From NCBI RefSeq assembly GCF_009914755.1, contig NC_060925.1: a stretch of DNA of 64,000 nt. One strand, written 5' to 3'. The position numbers were made by a program, and so were the translations under genes. The notes under the pieces were generated by a model, which was not told the origin of the DNA, made no database searches, and saw nothing but the letters and a program-made list of their open reading frames with translations. The stretch is from the human T2T-CHM13v2.0 reference genome, Homo sapiens. Shown piece by piece: positions 51,001 to 64,000 of this stretch (position 1 is its first letter; each line of letters begins with the position of its first letter).

Positions 51001-52223
51001 CTTAACCCTTGACCTGGCTCAACCATCACCTCCTCTCTGAACCCTCTCTGCATCACTCCTTCCTTTGGGGGTCTGTGATCGCTTACACAGACCTCTCTCT
51101 CAGTATCTTCCCCATTTGATTGTACTCATCATATCTTACTAGACTGTAAGCTTAGTCATCTGTTTTTCCAACTGCTGTACCTACCTGGGGTGTGACAATA
51201 AGAACTCAAAAAATGTTTATGCAGTGAATGAACCAATGAATAAACTCTTCCGAATTTTAGGTCAAATTCTTTGTGACTCAAGTACTATGACATGCTTCCA
51301 AATTGAATGTTTTTGACAGAGAAAATCACAAGGACCTGGCATTCAGCTACTCCGCACTCACCTTCCCTGTGTGCCCTGGCCCTGTGAAGACACAAGTTGT
51401 CTAAAACGCTAATTCCCCAGTCCAGCTGCCTATTAGCATGACCTGAGAAGCTTGCCAAAAATAGGGTTTCCTGAGTTCTGGTATAGGGGACCCTCCTTTC
51501 CCTGGCCTCATGTTTCCATGTGAGGGACCATTTACCATGACACAGTCCCTGAAGTCTTGAAGTTTGAGGTTTCGGCTTCTGCAAAAGAAATCAGTTCCTT
51601 CCTTGACCCAGGGTCCCCAGAGTGAAACAGGGTCTCTTGGGGCTGCCCTGCTGTCTCCCAGGATGAGGAGCTGTCTACGTGCTGGGGACAGACACCACAT
51701 GCTGTGGCTTGGGGTTATTAGATTCAGTAAACTTCCATGGAAAAAAGGAGCTCCTTCCTTCCCCCATAGGAGCAAAGACTACTGTGCCCACGTGATAATC
51801 GGGTTGTAGAAATCAAGCTTTGGCCATGATGATTAATTGGTGGCAATGATAATTAGTTGCTAATACATACTCCACTGGTCAAGGCTGCAGTGATTCACCT
51901 TCCAGCACGCAGGCTGCTGGGTGCATGTGTGATTAACATTCCTGTGGTAATCTCAGGCACGGGGCTTTTGTATCTTAGCCTTGTGTATAGGTCATTTCAA
52001 GGACTTGGTGGCAGGGATGCTGGTCTTGGAGCCAGGGTTCGTAGTTTAAGGCATGTTCCTTCTGGAAGCTCTAGGAGCAAATCTCCTCGTCTAGAAGGCA
52101 GTAGGGAGGGGCAGAGTCCTGGGCTACCCAGGATATTGGCATTCTCTGGCCCAGGCTCTACTGCCAACTTGCCAGGGGCCAACTTGCTCCTTGAGAGCCT
52201 GTCCCAATGAAAGGTGCCCCACA

Positions 52224-53330
<1,107 letters not shown>

Positions 53331-53575
53331 ATGAGCTGACCAAAGTTCTCTCTTGCCTGCCAGGGTTCTGTGCTGTGGCCACCTGCCCCAAGCAGCACAA
53401 AAGACCTTTCTCTGCCTCCCACCTCCACTGAGACTCCCTCTCCCTCTCTAGTACCCTCCAAGTCCTGCTCCCCCAGGGGACTAGGGGAGAGTGGATTAAT
53501 GGGTTAAGGCCTCTCTCCTCCTCTCAGTGGGGTCTTCTCTTACAGTGGTGAATTATTCTTAAATGTCATATAGTC

Positions 53576-54078
53576 TTTTTTTTTTCTTTTTTAAGAGATG
53601 GGGATCTTGCTATGTTGCCCAGGCTGGTCTCAAACTCCTAGCCTCAAGCAATCCTCCCACCTTGGCCTCCCAAGTAGCTGGGACTACAGGCACATGCCAC
53701 AAATATCAGAGGCTTGACTATGCCTGGAACACTCAGTTCCTTCCTCAAATGTCACCTTCTTGGAGAAGCCCTCCCTGACCCAGTCCACTCCTTCCTAGTC
53801 TCTTACCATGAGTTATTTCTCCGTATCTTTTTCTTTTCTTTTCTTTTTGAGACAGGGTCTCACTGTCACCCAGGATGGAGTGCAGTGGTATGATCTTGGC
53901 TCACTGCAGCCTCAACCTCCTGGGCTCAAGTGAGCCCTCACCTCAGCCTCCTGAGTAGTTGGGACTACAGGCATGTGCTTCCATGCTCTGATAATATATA
54001 TATATCTCCAGCAATCCACACACCTTTGCCTCCCAAAGTACGTGGTGGGATTAAAGGCATGAGCCACTGTGACCAGCC
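53576..54078 (-). mobile_element. FLAM (53576-53700) and AluJ (53828-54078)
   Basis: Alu consensus matches. Confidence 0.85.
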
Positions 54079-55787
54079 ATTTCTTCTTATCACCATTTAA
54101 AACAACTATATATATATTTTATTTGCCTACTTGTTTATTTTGTCTCCTCTTCTTCTAGAATATAAAATTTAAGCTCCAAATCCACTGTGCATCCCTAGTA
54201 CCTCGGCCCATGCCAAAAACAAAGCAGAGGTTTAATAATCTTTGTACGTAAGAGGAATGGAATATTTGTAGAAATGAATGAATGACTGAGTGGCTGGAAC
54301 TCTGTTGGGAGAGATCCAAATGCGGGGGACAGTTCTGCTGGATGAGATGTATATCCCCTTTCGGCAGAAACATCCTATGACCAATAATCCTATTAATCTG
54401 GAAGCTTCATTTATCACCTACTCATCTAGATCAGATTCTGCACTACACTCTCTGCACGTATTGGCTTATTGAATCCTTATGACCCTCTGAAGTGGCGGGT
54501 ACTATAGAAACTCCATCTTCTCAAAGAGGAAAGTGAGGTGCAGAGAGCTTAGGCCAGTGGCCAGGTTCACCTGGACAGCGAGTAGTAAAGTGGCAGCCTG
54601 GGTGCAGATGCTGTGCACCTGACCGCCACCCATTCCCCGCACCATGAAGTGGGAAGGAGGGCCACGAGCTAGCAGAACACTGTCTTCCAGCCACACACCT
54701 CTCCCCGAAGCCCGCCCATGCTTCCAGCCTGCACCCCTTCCTCACGGCCTCCTTCTAAATCAGCCCATGATCAATGGGTGCTGCAACATCCCCCCATTGC
54801 TCCTGATAGATGTGCAGATTCCAGTCCAGTGCCCAGGCCCAGACTTTTGGATCCTGCCGGAAGGACCAAAGGAGCTGGTATCCAGAGGTCCTTTCCAGCT
54901 CAGAGATCTGAGGGTCAGCCTCAGGGTACCTGTTCCTCCTCACAAGGAGAGACCTTTAAAGCCCAAGGTCAAATGAACTTGAAACAGCCCAACAGCAACA
55001 GGGTCATGTGGAGACTTGACAGTCACAGCGGGACAGTGGTTCTTAGAGTTTAGGGAACATCAAGGTCCCAGAGAGCTTGTGGAATTACAGCTTCCTCGGT
55101 CCCACATGCAGGAGATCTGGGGTAGGGCTTAGGAATCTGTACTTTTAACAACACTCCCCACTCCCAGTGATTCTGAAACAGATGATTCCTACCCCAGGAA
55201 ACAGAGCAGTGGGCTCCCCTCTTGCAAATGAGCTCCTCCCAGTCTGAGATAGTCTGGATGTGCTCATGCCTGGAGGCAGAGCGTGATGCTCCTCCTGCCA
55301 CCTCTGCAGGGAAGGGAACCCGGCATCCCTGGCCTGCTCCTAAGCAGCAGGCATCATGGCAGGAGCTTGCATTTGTGATTGCTGATCCTCCCAATGGTCC
55401 TAGGAGGTTGTCACTATGATGCCGCATTTTGCAAATGAAGAAAGAACAGGTGCAGAGTGGATAAGAAACTTTCTCAAAGCCACACAGGTCAGAGAGTGCT
55501 GGAGCTTGGATTATAATCCAAATTATGTGATGCCAACATTTCTGCTCATTCCACTATGAGTGCCTTTTAAAGGCAAATGCCTTACTCTTGAGTGAGTTTG
55601 GTGTCCTAGGACAATCTCGTTTGGCCAGCTGTGAATCCTATATTTTATGCACATGGGGTATACATACAATCTCAGGGGCAGCCCTAGATCATGGGCCACA
55701 GGCACACCTAAAAGTTACGTATCACGGGATAACAGTTCTTTGGAAAGATGGGGGATTGGGGAGGGTGACCGAGGGATCTCGGCTCTG

Positions 55788-55801
55788 CCACCAGAGGGCA
55801 G
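55788..55801 (+). promoter_or_regulatory. Candidate CTCF site CCACCAGAGGGCAG
   Basis: Exact match to core consensus CCASYAGRKGGCRS. Confidence 0.55.
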
Positions 55802-56472
55802 AAGTGTGCCAGACACCCAGAACTGCGGGATTAGCCCTGGTGCCCACCCCAGACACACAACCACATACTGTGGGAGCCCCTGGAGCCAACTGGTCCCCCT
55901 GCTTCAACAAGAGCAAGGGGCATGTCCAGAGCCAGGCTGTGTGTTCATGATGGGACTCCTTCGCCCACCAGCATTTCTCAATACAGAAGCAGCTGCGTTT
56001 CGTACTTCATTATCGAACACTCTTATGCATCAAAGAATAGCAGCACCCTGGGAACTTGGCCCTAAATGCCAGTTGCACCCACACAGGTTGTGATAACAAT
56101 CCTGACTCTCCCCACATTTCCAAATCCCCCAAATCAGGAGCGGGGGGCAGGACAGCCTCCTGTTGTAAGGCACTGAAACAGCCTGTTCCCAGTAATGGCT
56201 CCATCTCTGAGCATGGAGGTAGGGATGGTGGGTCGGGGCTGACCTCGTACCTGCTGGGAGAGCCCACACCTTTGGGAAGAGATCATGGTCAATCCCCGCC
56301 CTTTGGGGGCTGCCCTCCAGACCAAAGCGAAGGAACCCAGAGGCAGAAACTTCAGCCTTTGTCAAACAGACCTGGGTTTAAATCTTGATCTAAGTTCCTA
56401 CTAGCTGAATGGGTTCAGTAAGTCTCTTAACCTCTCTGAGCCTCAGTTTCTTCATCTGCAAAAGGGGAATAA

Positions 56473-56788
<316 letters not shown>

Positions 56789-57988
56789 AAGAATATCTTT
56801 TTGATCTGGCTTTTGTTGAGGGGCAATAAGAGGATGGATGTGGTGAGCTTGGCTGGCACCTGGGACACAGTAAGTGCCCGATACAGGGTGGCTGATATTA
56901 CTTCATGGGAAATTGTCATGTTTCCTCCTTCCTGTACCTGTTAAGAAGCCACTCTCTGAGCCAGGGTGCCAGGGTGAGGCTATGGGCTGCCTGCTGCTGT
57001 GCCAGGGCAGGGGCCCTTTGTCTCTCTTCTCCCTGGGTCTGAGGACACACCTCACAGGTCACATTCATATAACGGCTAACCTCACCCACCACCCTACTAT
57101 CCCTTGATTCACCAACTTTTCTAATTACATACTTTTTCTAGAATATTTATTACGTAGCCCCATTTTTACCCTAAATGAATTATTTCCCATATAAAGAAGA
57201 AACTACACAGTATTCCAGTACCATACACCCTGTCCATTGCTGAGCACTGGGTTGAAGCCCCGTTGTGTGCCCAGGGTCCCGATTTTGAGAGGCTGAGCCT
57301 GGCTGCAGAGCCCTCACAGGGCAGTCTAACTCAGGACATCTTGGGGATGATTCTTGCCTTTTGTCCTCATGGCTTAGGACGATTAAGGGCATTAAGGCAG
57401 TGACAAGCTTACTTCAAGACCAGTGGTCTTGGAGCAGAGGGGAGAGAGGAGGGGTTGCTTCTGAGACCCTCCCATCTCCACCTTCTTGGATGTAGGATCA
57501 GTAAGAGAAGCAGCTCCTTTGGTTCCTGCCGCATGGGCACCCGCCCTTCATTCAGGCCTCATCCAACCCTCTTAAAGTCAGCTTCAGGGGTGAAGTCTCC
57601 ACTTATCTCCATGTGGGAGGTGGAACAGCAGGTAAGAGGTGGACTCAGGAGCCCCGGGGCCTGTCTGGAATCCTAACTTCTCACTTTCCAGCTTGGGCAG
57701 GCATTTCATTCTCTGCGCTGCAGTTTCCTCTGCTGTAAAATGGGAACAGTAACAGCATCTACCTCCAAGGGTCATTGTGGGGTTTCAACGAATTGGTTCC
57801 TATAAAGAAAGCACTTAGCTCAGAGCCAGGCATACAGTAGGCACTCAACGAGCATGTGCTATTAGAGTTACTCTCAGTGCCTCACACGGGGCCGGGCATA
57901 CACAGCAGGTGTCAGTTCTTATTTGCGGAATAGATGGACCAGGCTGTTTGGATACGGATTATAAACTGTATGAATCTCAAGGATGTTG

Positions 57989-58477
<489 letters not shown>

Positions 58478-58839
58478 CTAGAGGTGATCCTCCCTTTGGA
58501 TTCAGAGATCAGAGGGCAAAAATCATGACGCAGTTTAAGTCTCCCAGGGACCAATACAGAGTTCACGGTGAGATTCACTTGGCCTTAAATGGAGTTTTGA
58601 AACTTACTTTGAAATGTAATCCTGGGCTACTCACTTAACCTGCAGAACCTTCATTTTCTCCCCTGTAAGAGCAGGTTAACAGTACCAGTCTCAGCAGCAG
58701 ATCTGACGATCATCTACTCTGCAATAACTCAGAATCTATGTAAGCGGCCTAGAAGAGCAACTAGAAGAACTTAGGAAGATTACCAAATGCAAGTAAACCA
58801 GCCCCACCTGAGATGGCCGTATTTTCAGTTTTGCAACCT

Positions 58840-59010
58840 AGAGGACATTGGCAATGTCTGGAGCCATTTTTGGTTATCGCAGCTCAGGAATGTCTACTGG
58901 CACCTAGTGGGTAGAGGCCAGGGATGTGGCTAAGCAGCCCATGGCACACAGAATAGCCCCCCACAACAGAATGATCCAGCCTCAAACATCAATTGTGTGG
59001 AGGTTGAGAG
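58840..59010 (+). mobile_element. MER20 (hAT-Charlie)
   Basis: ggcaatgtctggag.catttttggtt...tactggcacctagtgggtagaggccagggatg...ccacaacagaatgatccagcc. Confidence 0.88.
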
Positions 59011-59343
59011 TTATCAGCTCAGATTTAGTTTAACTTTCATCACGTAAAAGACTTATTTTTTCGGTTGTGTGGGCAAAGCGCTTTGTGGGTTGCTACTAGA
59101 TGAGGAGAAGGAAATGATTAGCATGCACAAAAAATTCCGCCCAGCTGCCAATATGGCACCGTTCGGTGACTAACATCCCAAAACTCTCAGTAAAGGTCAA
59201 CCTTCCAGGAAGTTCTGAGAAATGCAGCTTTTCATGCTAATTTCCTGGGCTGACTCCGTGACTAATCAGCCCGTCTCACACCCAGGGAGAAATCCTGCAG
59301 CACAGATAGCCTCCTCCTCTGCCCCCATCAATCTCTGTAGAAG

Positions 59344-59614
59344 GAAGACATTCAGCAAATCATGCTGCTCAGCATCTAAGCTCATTCTCCAAAGAAGGGT
59401 CGCCCACCCATCCTTCTATTGCTCTCGCCCTCCTTCTCTCCATCCAACAAGTACCAAGTGTCCACCATGCATCCGTCAGAAGACATTCAGCAAATCATGC
59501 TGCTCAGCATCTAAGCTCATTCTCCAAAGAAGCGTCGCCCACCCATCTTTCTATTGCACCCTCCTTTTTTCCCTCCATCCAACAAATACTAATGCCCACC
59601 ATGCGTCCATCCGT
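59344..59614. repeat. 135-bp tandem duplication
   Basis: Units start at 59344 and 59479 (gaagacattcagcaaatcatgctg...). Confidence 0.95.
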
Positions 59615-61182
59615 GTTGCACTTGCTGGGATGCAAAGGTAAACAGGCCCAACAAGGGCACTGCCCTCATGGAGCTCACGAGGAAGGACCTGGACAACTGG
59701 CCCATCCACGACACCAACCTTTTCCTTACAAGATCCTTGTAAGGATCTTGACATGCTTTACAAGATCATGTTCTTAGAACCCAAGACAGTTTTTAAAAAT
59801 AGTGTTTTTATGGAACATTTGGCTCTTGCCCCTTATTTGTACTTGAAATTGCAGTTCAGAGAGGTTAAGCGACTTGATCAAGGTCACACGCAAGAGTCTC
59901 AAGAGACAGGATGAAAATCCAGGTTCCCTGACTCCAGGGTTTTCCCATTTCACCATGGCCACCATCACCCCAGCAACACTCACAGCCCGTGCCCTGCCTG
60001 CCAGCTCCATGCTGGGCACTCTACATGGATTCGCTCATGTAATCCTCACCGCCACCCTACAAGGTAGAGACTACTGTTACTCCCTTGGATGCCTGGGGAA
60101 ACCAAGGCACAGAGACATTCAGTAACTTGCCAAGGTGGGGCTTGAACTGTAATACAATCAATCCCCAAAATACTCCCCATTCTTGGTCCCTGGTTATTCG
60201 TTAGAACAGATAAAGAGGTTGGACATGACAACCGTCAGCAAACCACTCCCCCCTCTAGGCCTCAGTTTCCCCATCTACATAAGAGGGTGGTCTAGGTGAT
60301 TTGAGGGTCTACCTACCTCTGATCTCTGGGGACCTTTGGGGCCCTGGCACCTGCTCCCATTGGGTCCCAGTGTGCCACTGAAGCTGTTCCTCTTACCTGC
60401 TGGCACCTGTTGAGGCTATCAGATAAACCAAAGGCACCTCCCAGGCATTATCAAAGCCTGGTATTATTTAGATATGAGGTATTATTATATTCCCATGGGG
60501 ATGCTTCAATTCCCTAATTCCTGAGGGTAAAATCTGCCAACGTTTTGACTAACAGCAGTTGTTTTAGAGTGTCCAGCTCTGCCACTTACTAGCTTAGGCA
60601 ATTACTTCACTTCTATGGGCCTCGGTTTGTTCATCTGTAAAGTGGGAACGCCTACATTTAAAGGATGGCTGTGAGGATGAAATGAAACAGTGATTGACAA
60701 GAGCCAGGTAAGGTCACCAGCATTTAACGAGTGCTGAATAAGTGGTAGTCATTCTCAATGGAAATTTTAAGGGCGATGCTGGTTTAGATGTTGCCTATAA
60801 TGAGAACGTGCCTGGGTGGGCATGAAGCACCAGGCAATGACATAAGACAGGCTGTTTTAAACCCACTCAATTCTGCCAGAGCCAGCTCCAAGGTCACAAA
60901 CAGCAGAGAAGAGTCAGTGGAGATGTCTTAGGTGCCCAAGATGGTTTGGGGTTTGCAGGGGTGGGGTGCAGAAAGAGGTGGTGGGATGCATATGACTCTC
61001 TCTGGGTGAGGAAAGAGGGAAAGTTAGATTCCGGGGCCAAGGCTGCTTCTCTTTCTACTTGATGAAGAAGCAATGAGAGAAAGGAAGGGCTGACCCAGGA
61101 GGCTGGAGAACTGCTTCTGACTCCCAGTCTACCTCTGCTGCTGTGTGTCTGCAAGGAAGCCCCTTCCCCTCTCTGGGCCTCA

Positions 61183-61514
<332 letters not shown>

Positions 61515-62147
61515 GAGGATCATCCAAGTTGACCTTGATGTGTGAGATTCAGGTCTGCAAGATGGGGGCAATGGCCTTAACCACCTCACTGGAGGACGAG
61601 ATGAAATGCCAGCACAAGCCCTTAGCGCCATGCCTGCCGCGCAGCTAGGACTTGGCACATGGCGGCTTTGCCATTACACTGATTCCAATATTAGATTCTA
61701 TGTGCTGAGCTGCTGCCCTGATCTCCAGCAGCCCGAGTCTCAGACCACCATGCAACTCAGCCTTTCTCTCCAAGGGAGTCCAGGAGGATCAGATACTATT
61801 ATTCTTCCCTCACTTCTGTTAAAAAAATAAAGTGACACAATCACTCTGTAATGAAATATATGACAACTCCTGAGACTGCCTGGCCCTGGAAATGTAAGCT
61901 CCAGGGGGTGCAGAGAGAAAATGCCCCAAACTCAGAGTCCAGTGACCGAAGCAATGTTCTCAGGCCAACCCTGCCACTCCCTTGGGGGCCGCCTGGCTGT
62001 CTCTGCTACATAAAGTATTACCGAAGGCCTCGCCTGCCTCAAAGCAGAGGCTGGCCTGGTCACCCGTGGAGAGCCCTTTCAGCTCCACGATATGGAATTA
62101 AAATACTTTGGATACACTAGGCCCAAACACACTCTTTGGAGCCTTAG

Positions 62148-62312
62148 AGCAGCGCTCCTCTAAGTAGAAAGCACTCAGGAATTGCCTGGATTCCACGCAG
62201 ATCCCAATCAGCGGGTCTGGGCGGGGGCTGAGACTCTGTATTTCTCACAAACCTCCCAGCAGTGCCGATGCTGCTGGGTCCACATACCACACTGAGAGTA
62301 GCAAGGGCTTAG
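62148..62312 (+). mobile_element. MER5A-like (hAT-Charlie)
   Basis: gggtctgggcgggggctgagactctgtatttctcacaaacctccc...gatgctgctgggtcc...accacactgagagtagc. Confidence 0.75.
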
Positions 62313-63204
62313 AGGCCTTTTTTAAAAAACAGTAAAGAAAGTTTATTATGCTAATAACAAGAATCCCCAAGGTAGGGTGACCTACATGTCCTGCCACCCC
62401 GGCAGGCACTGACTGCACTAAACACACGTGCATGGCCAAGCACGCATGAGAAAGCAGCTCATCCGCCCTGCTGCGTGGGCTTCAGCAAGCCTCAGCACCC
62501 TCCTCTTTTAGGGTTCCTGACTACCACCTGCCCTGAAAGGGTCACTGGAGACAAACGCTAGGATTCCTGAGACAGAGTCCCAGTCCCCTTGCAGCTGGCG
62601 CCAGACCACTAGAATCTGAGGGCTGAGATGTCACTTCTGAGCCCTCTCCCTTCTACTCTCTGTACCTGGTCTGCAGCAGTTCTGCAGCATGAAGAATGGT
62701 ACCAGGGGCAGCCCCTCACCCCTCCTCTCTCTGCTCTCCTTGCTGAAGCCGGCCATCTGCATACCTGCCCAGGTGAAATCCATCCCACTCTCCCTCCTCA
62801 GGCTTCCAACTGGCCCAAAGCCCGCCCACTGCACTGCTGCCCTGCTGACCTTCCCCTGCGGCTCCTTCCCACTATGAAATTCTGCTCTTCCTCCTCCTCC
62901 TTCCACTAGGAGGGTTCCAGTGGGGAGCCAGGCAAAAGTTTCCCTATTACAGGGTTTGGAGGATGCTGGCAATTTCTTCTATGTTGTGTTTCCTCCCTGC
63001 TTGCCATCAGAATAAACATCAGAGGTCACTGCATAAAAGCGTCTCCCCAGTTTAGAGAACAGAAGAAGCCACTTATGCAATAATAGGGAAGCCCTGGCAG
63101 AGAGGAGCTGGTGGGAAGAAGTTGGACGGGAGCTGTGGGGGTGGGGAGGGGCTCAGGAGGCAGCCCGCATAGTGGCTTAATGCAGGCATCCTGGAGTGGT
63201 AGAC

Positions 63205-63290
63205 AGCAGTGGTCTCCAACCTTTTTGGCACTAGGGACCAGTTTTGGGGAAGACAGTTTTACCATGGACCAGTGTGGGGGCCGGGGATGC
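63205..63290 (-). mobile_element. MER1 terminal fragment
   Basis: cagcagtggtctccaacctttttggcactagggaccagtttt.gggaagaca.tttt.ccatggacc. Confidence 0.8.
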
Positions 63291-63942
63291 AAGCCGCAAA
63301 GCATACGTGCCCTGGGGTGCGTGCAAAGCCACAAAGCACACGTGCTTAGGGAGCTGCCGGAGGCCGGCATGGCTGAAAGCCCCACGGCAAGGGGACTGAA
63401 AGCAGAGGTGAGGCTGGAGCAGGACAAGGGTCAGCCCACCAGGGCCTGAGAGCCACACCAGAGGGGCTGATTTTTTTCTCCTGAGTGCAGAGGGAGCCAC
63501 TTCGAGGCAGTTAGCAGGGAGGTGGCGTGGTCAGGTGGGCCTTTGAAAAGAACACTCTAGCTGCAGAGTGGGGAGAAAACTGCTGGCCAGAGTGGTGGCA
63601 GGAAGGCCAGTGAGAAGGCCCTGCTGTTATCCAGGAGGGGCGACAGTGGCTTAGACCAGGGGCCTGGGTGGAGAGGGGAAGGAACCAGATTCGAGAGTTA
63701 CTTAGGAGGTAAAACCATAGGCCTATTGTGAGGAATAAGTGAAATAAACTCTGAGAAGCACCACACAGTCCTGGCATGAATGAAGGGCTCACCAGCTCAC
63801 CAATGACATCAGGTTCCTTTCCTTCCTGAAGTCAAAAGACCACGGGGGACCCGGCCCCAGGTGGTGGCACCTCTCACTGGCTTTGCTAGCCAAGGGTGCA
63901 GATGGGTACCCACCATTTACAGAGCTTAGAAAATCAACTTAC

Positions 63943-63970
63943 CATCCTTGAGTGAGAAGCTCAGAAGGTC
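63943..63970 (-). CDS. TMCO4: TMCO4 coding microexon (28 nt): DLLSFSLKD-G
   Basis: Minus strand reads tcttctccctcAG|GACCTTCTGAGCTTCTCACTCAAGGATG|GTaagt. Phase 0 to 1, joins in frame to the next exon, and the peptide matches recalled TMCO4. Confidence 0.93.
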
Positions 63971-64000
63971 CTGAGGGAGAAGACAACAGGCATCAATGAC

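Noticed and set aside
59222-59641. 139-aa ORF with an internal repeat as a real protein
   Set aside because: The repeat simply reflects the 135-bp duplication; no splice or homology support.

Overview
Primate (almost certainly human) genomic DNA, very rich in Alu, MIR, L2 and MaLR repeats. The only protein-coding gene I can support is an internal portion of TMCO4 on the minus strand. Eight coding exons (63943-63970, 49044-49176, 40565-40662, 39858-40001, 38934-39053, 34178-34342, 33225-33361, 30773-30857; 910 nt) splice in frame through GT-AG sites. They encode DLLSFSLKDGHYDARARV...RKWKRYLLIGLATVGGG...GRRPVTLIGFSLGARVIYFCLQEMAQEK, a charged coiled-coil, a Gly/Ala hydrophobic hairpin and a GxSxG alpha/beta-hydrolase (DUF726-type) region. 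Positions 1-30772 appear to be one long intron; I found no further exon there. About 45 Alu elements or fragments account for most ORF-track entries. I found no evidence for a new multi-gene system. The most interesting unexplained structures are intronic: a 72-bp non-Alu inverted repeat (20068-20545), a diverged ~330-bp duplication shared by two introns with a CpG-rich MARE/AP-1-bearing copy, an internally inverted Tigger1 with a breakpoint duplication, a 135-bp tandem duplication next to a nested palindrome, and several candidate splicing-regulatory arrangements. Repeat family calls come from recalled consensus sequences and their boundaries are approximate.
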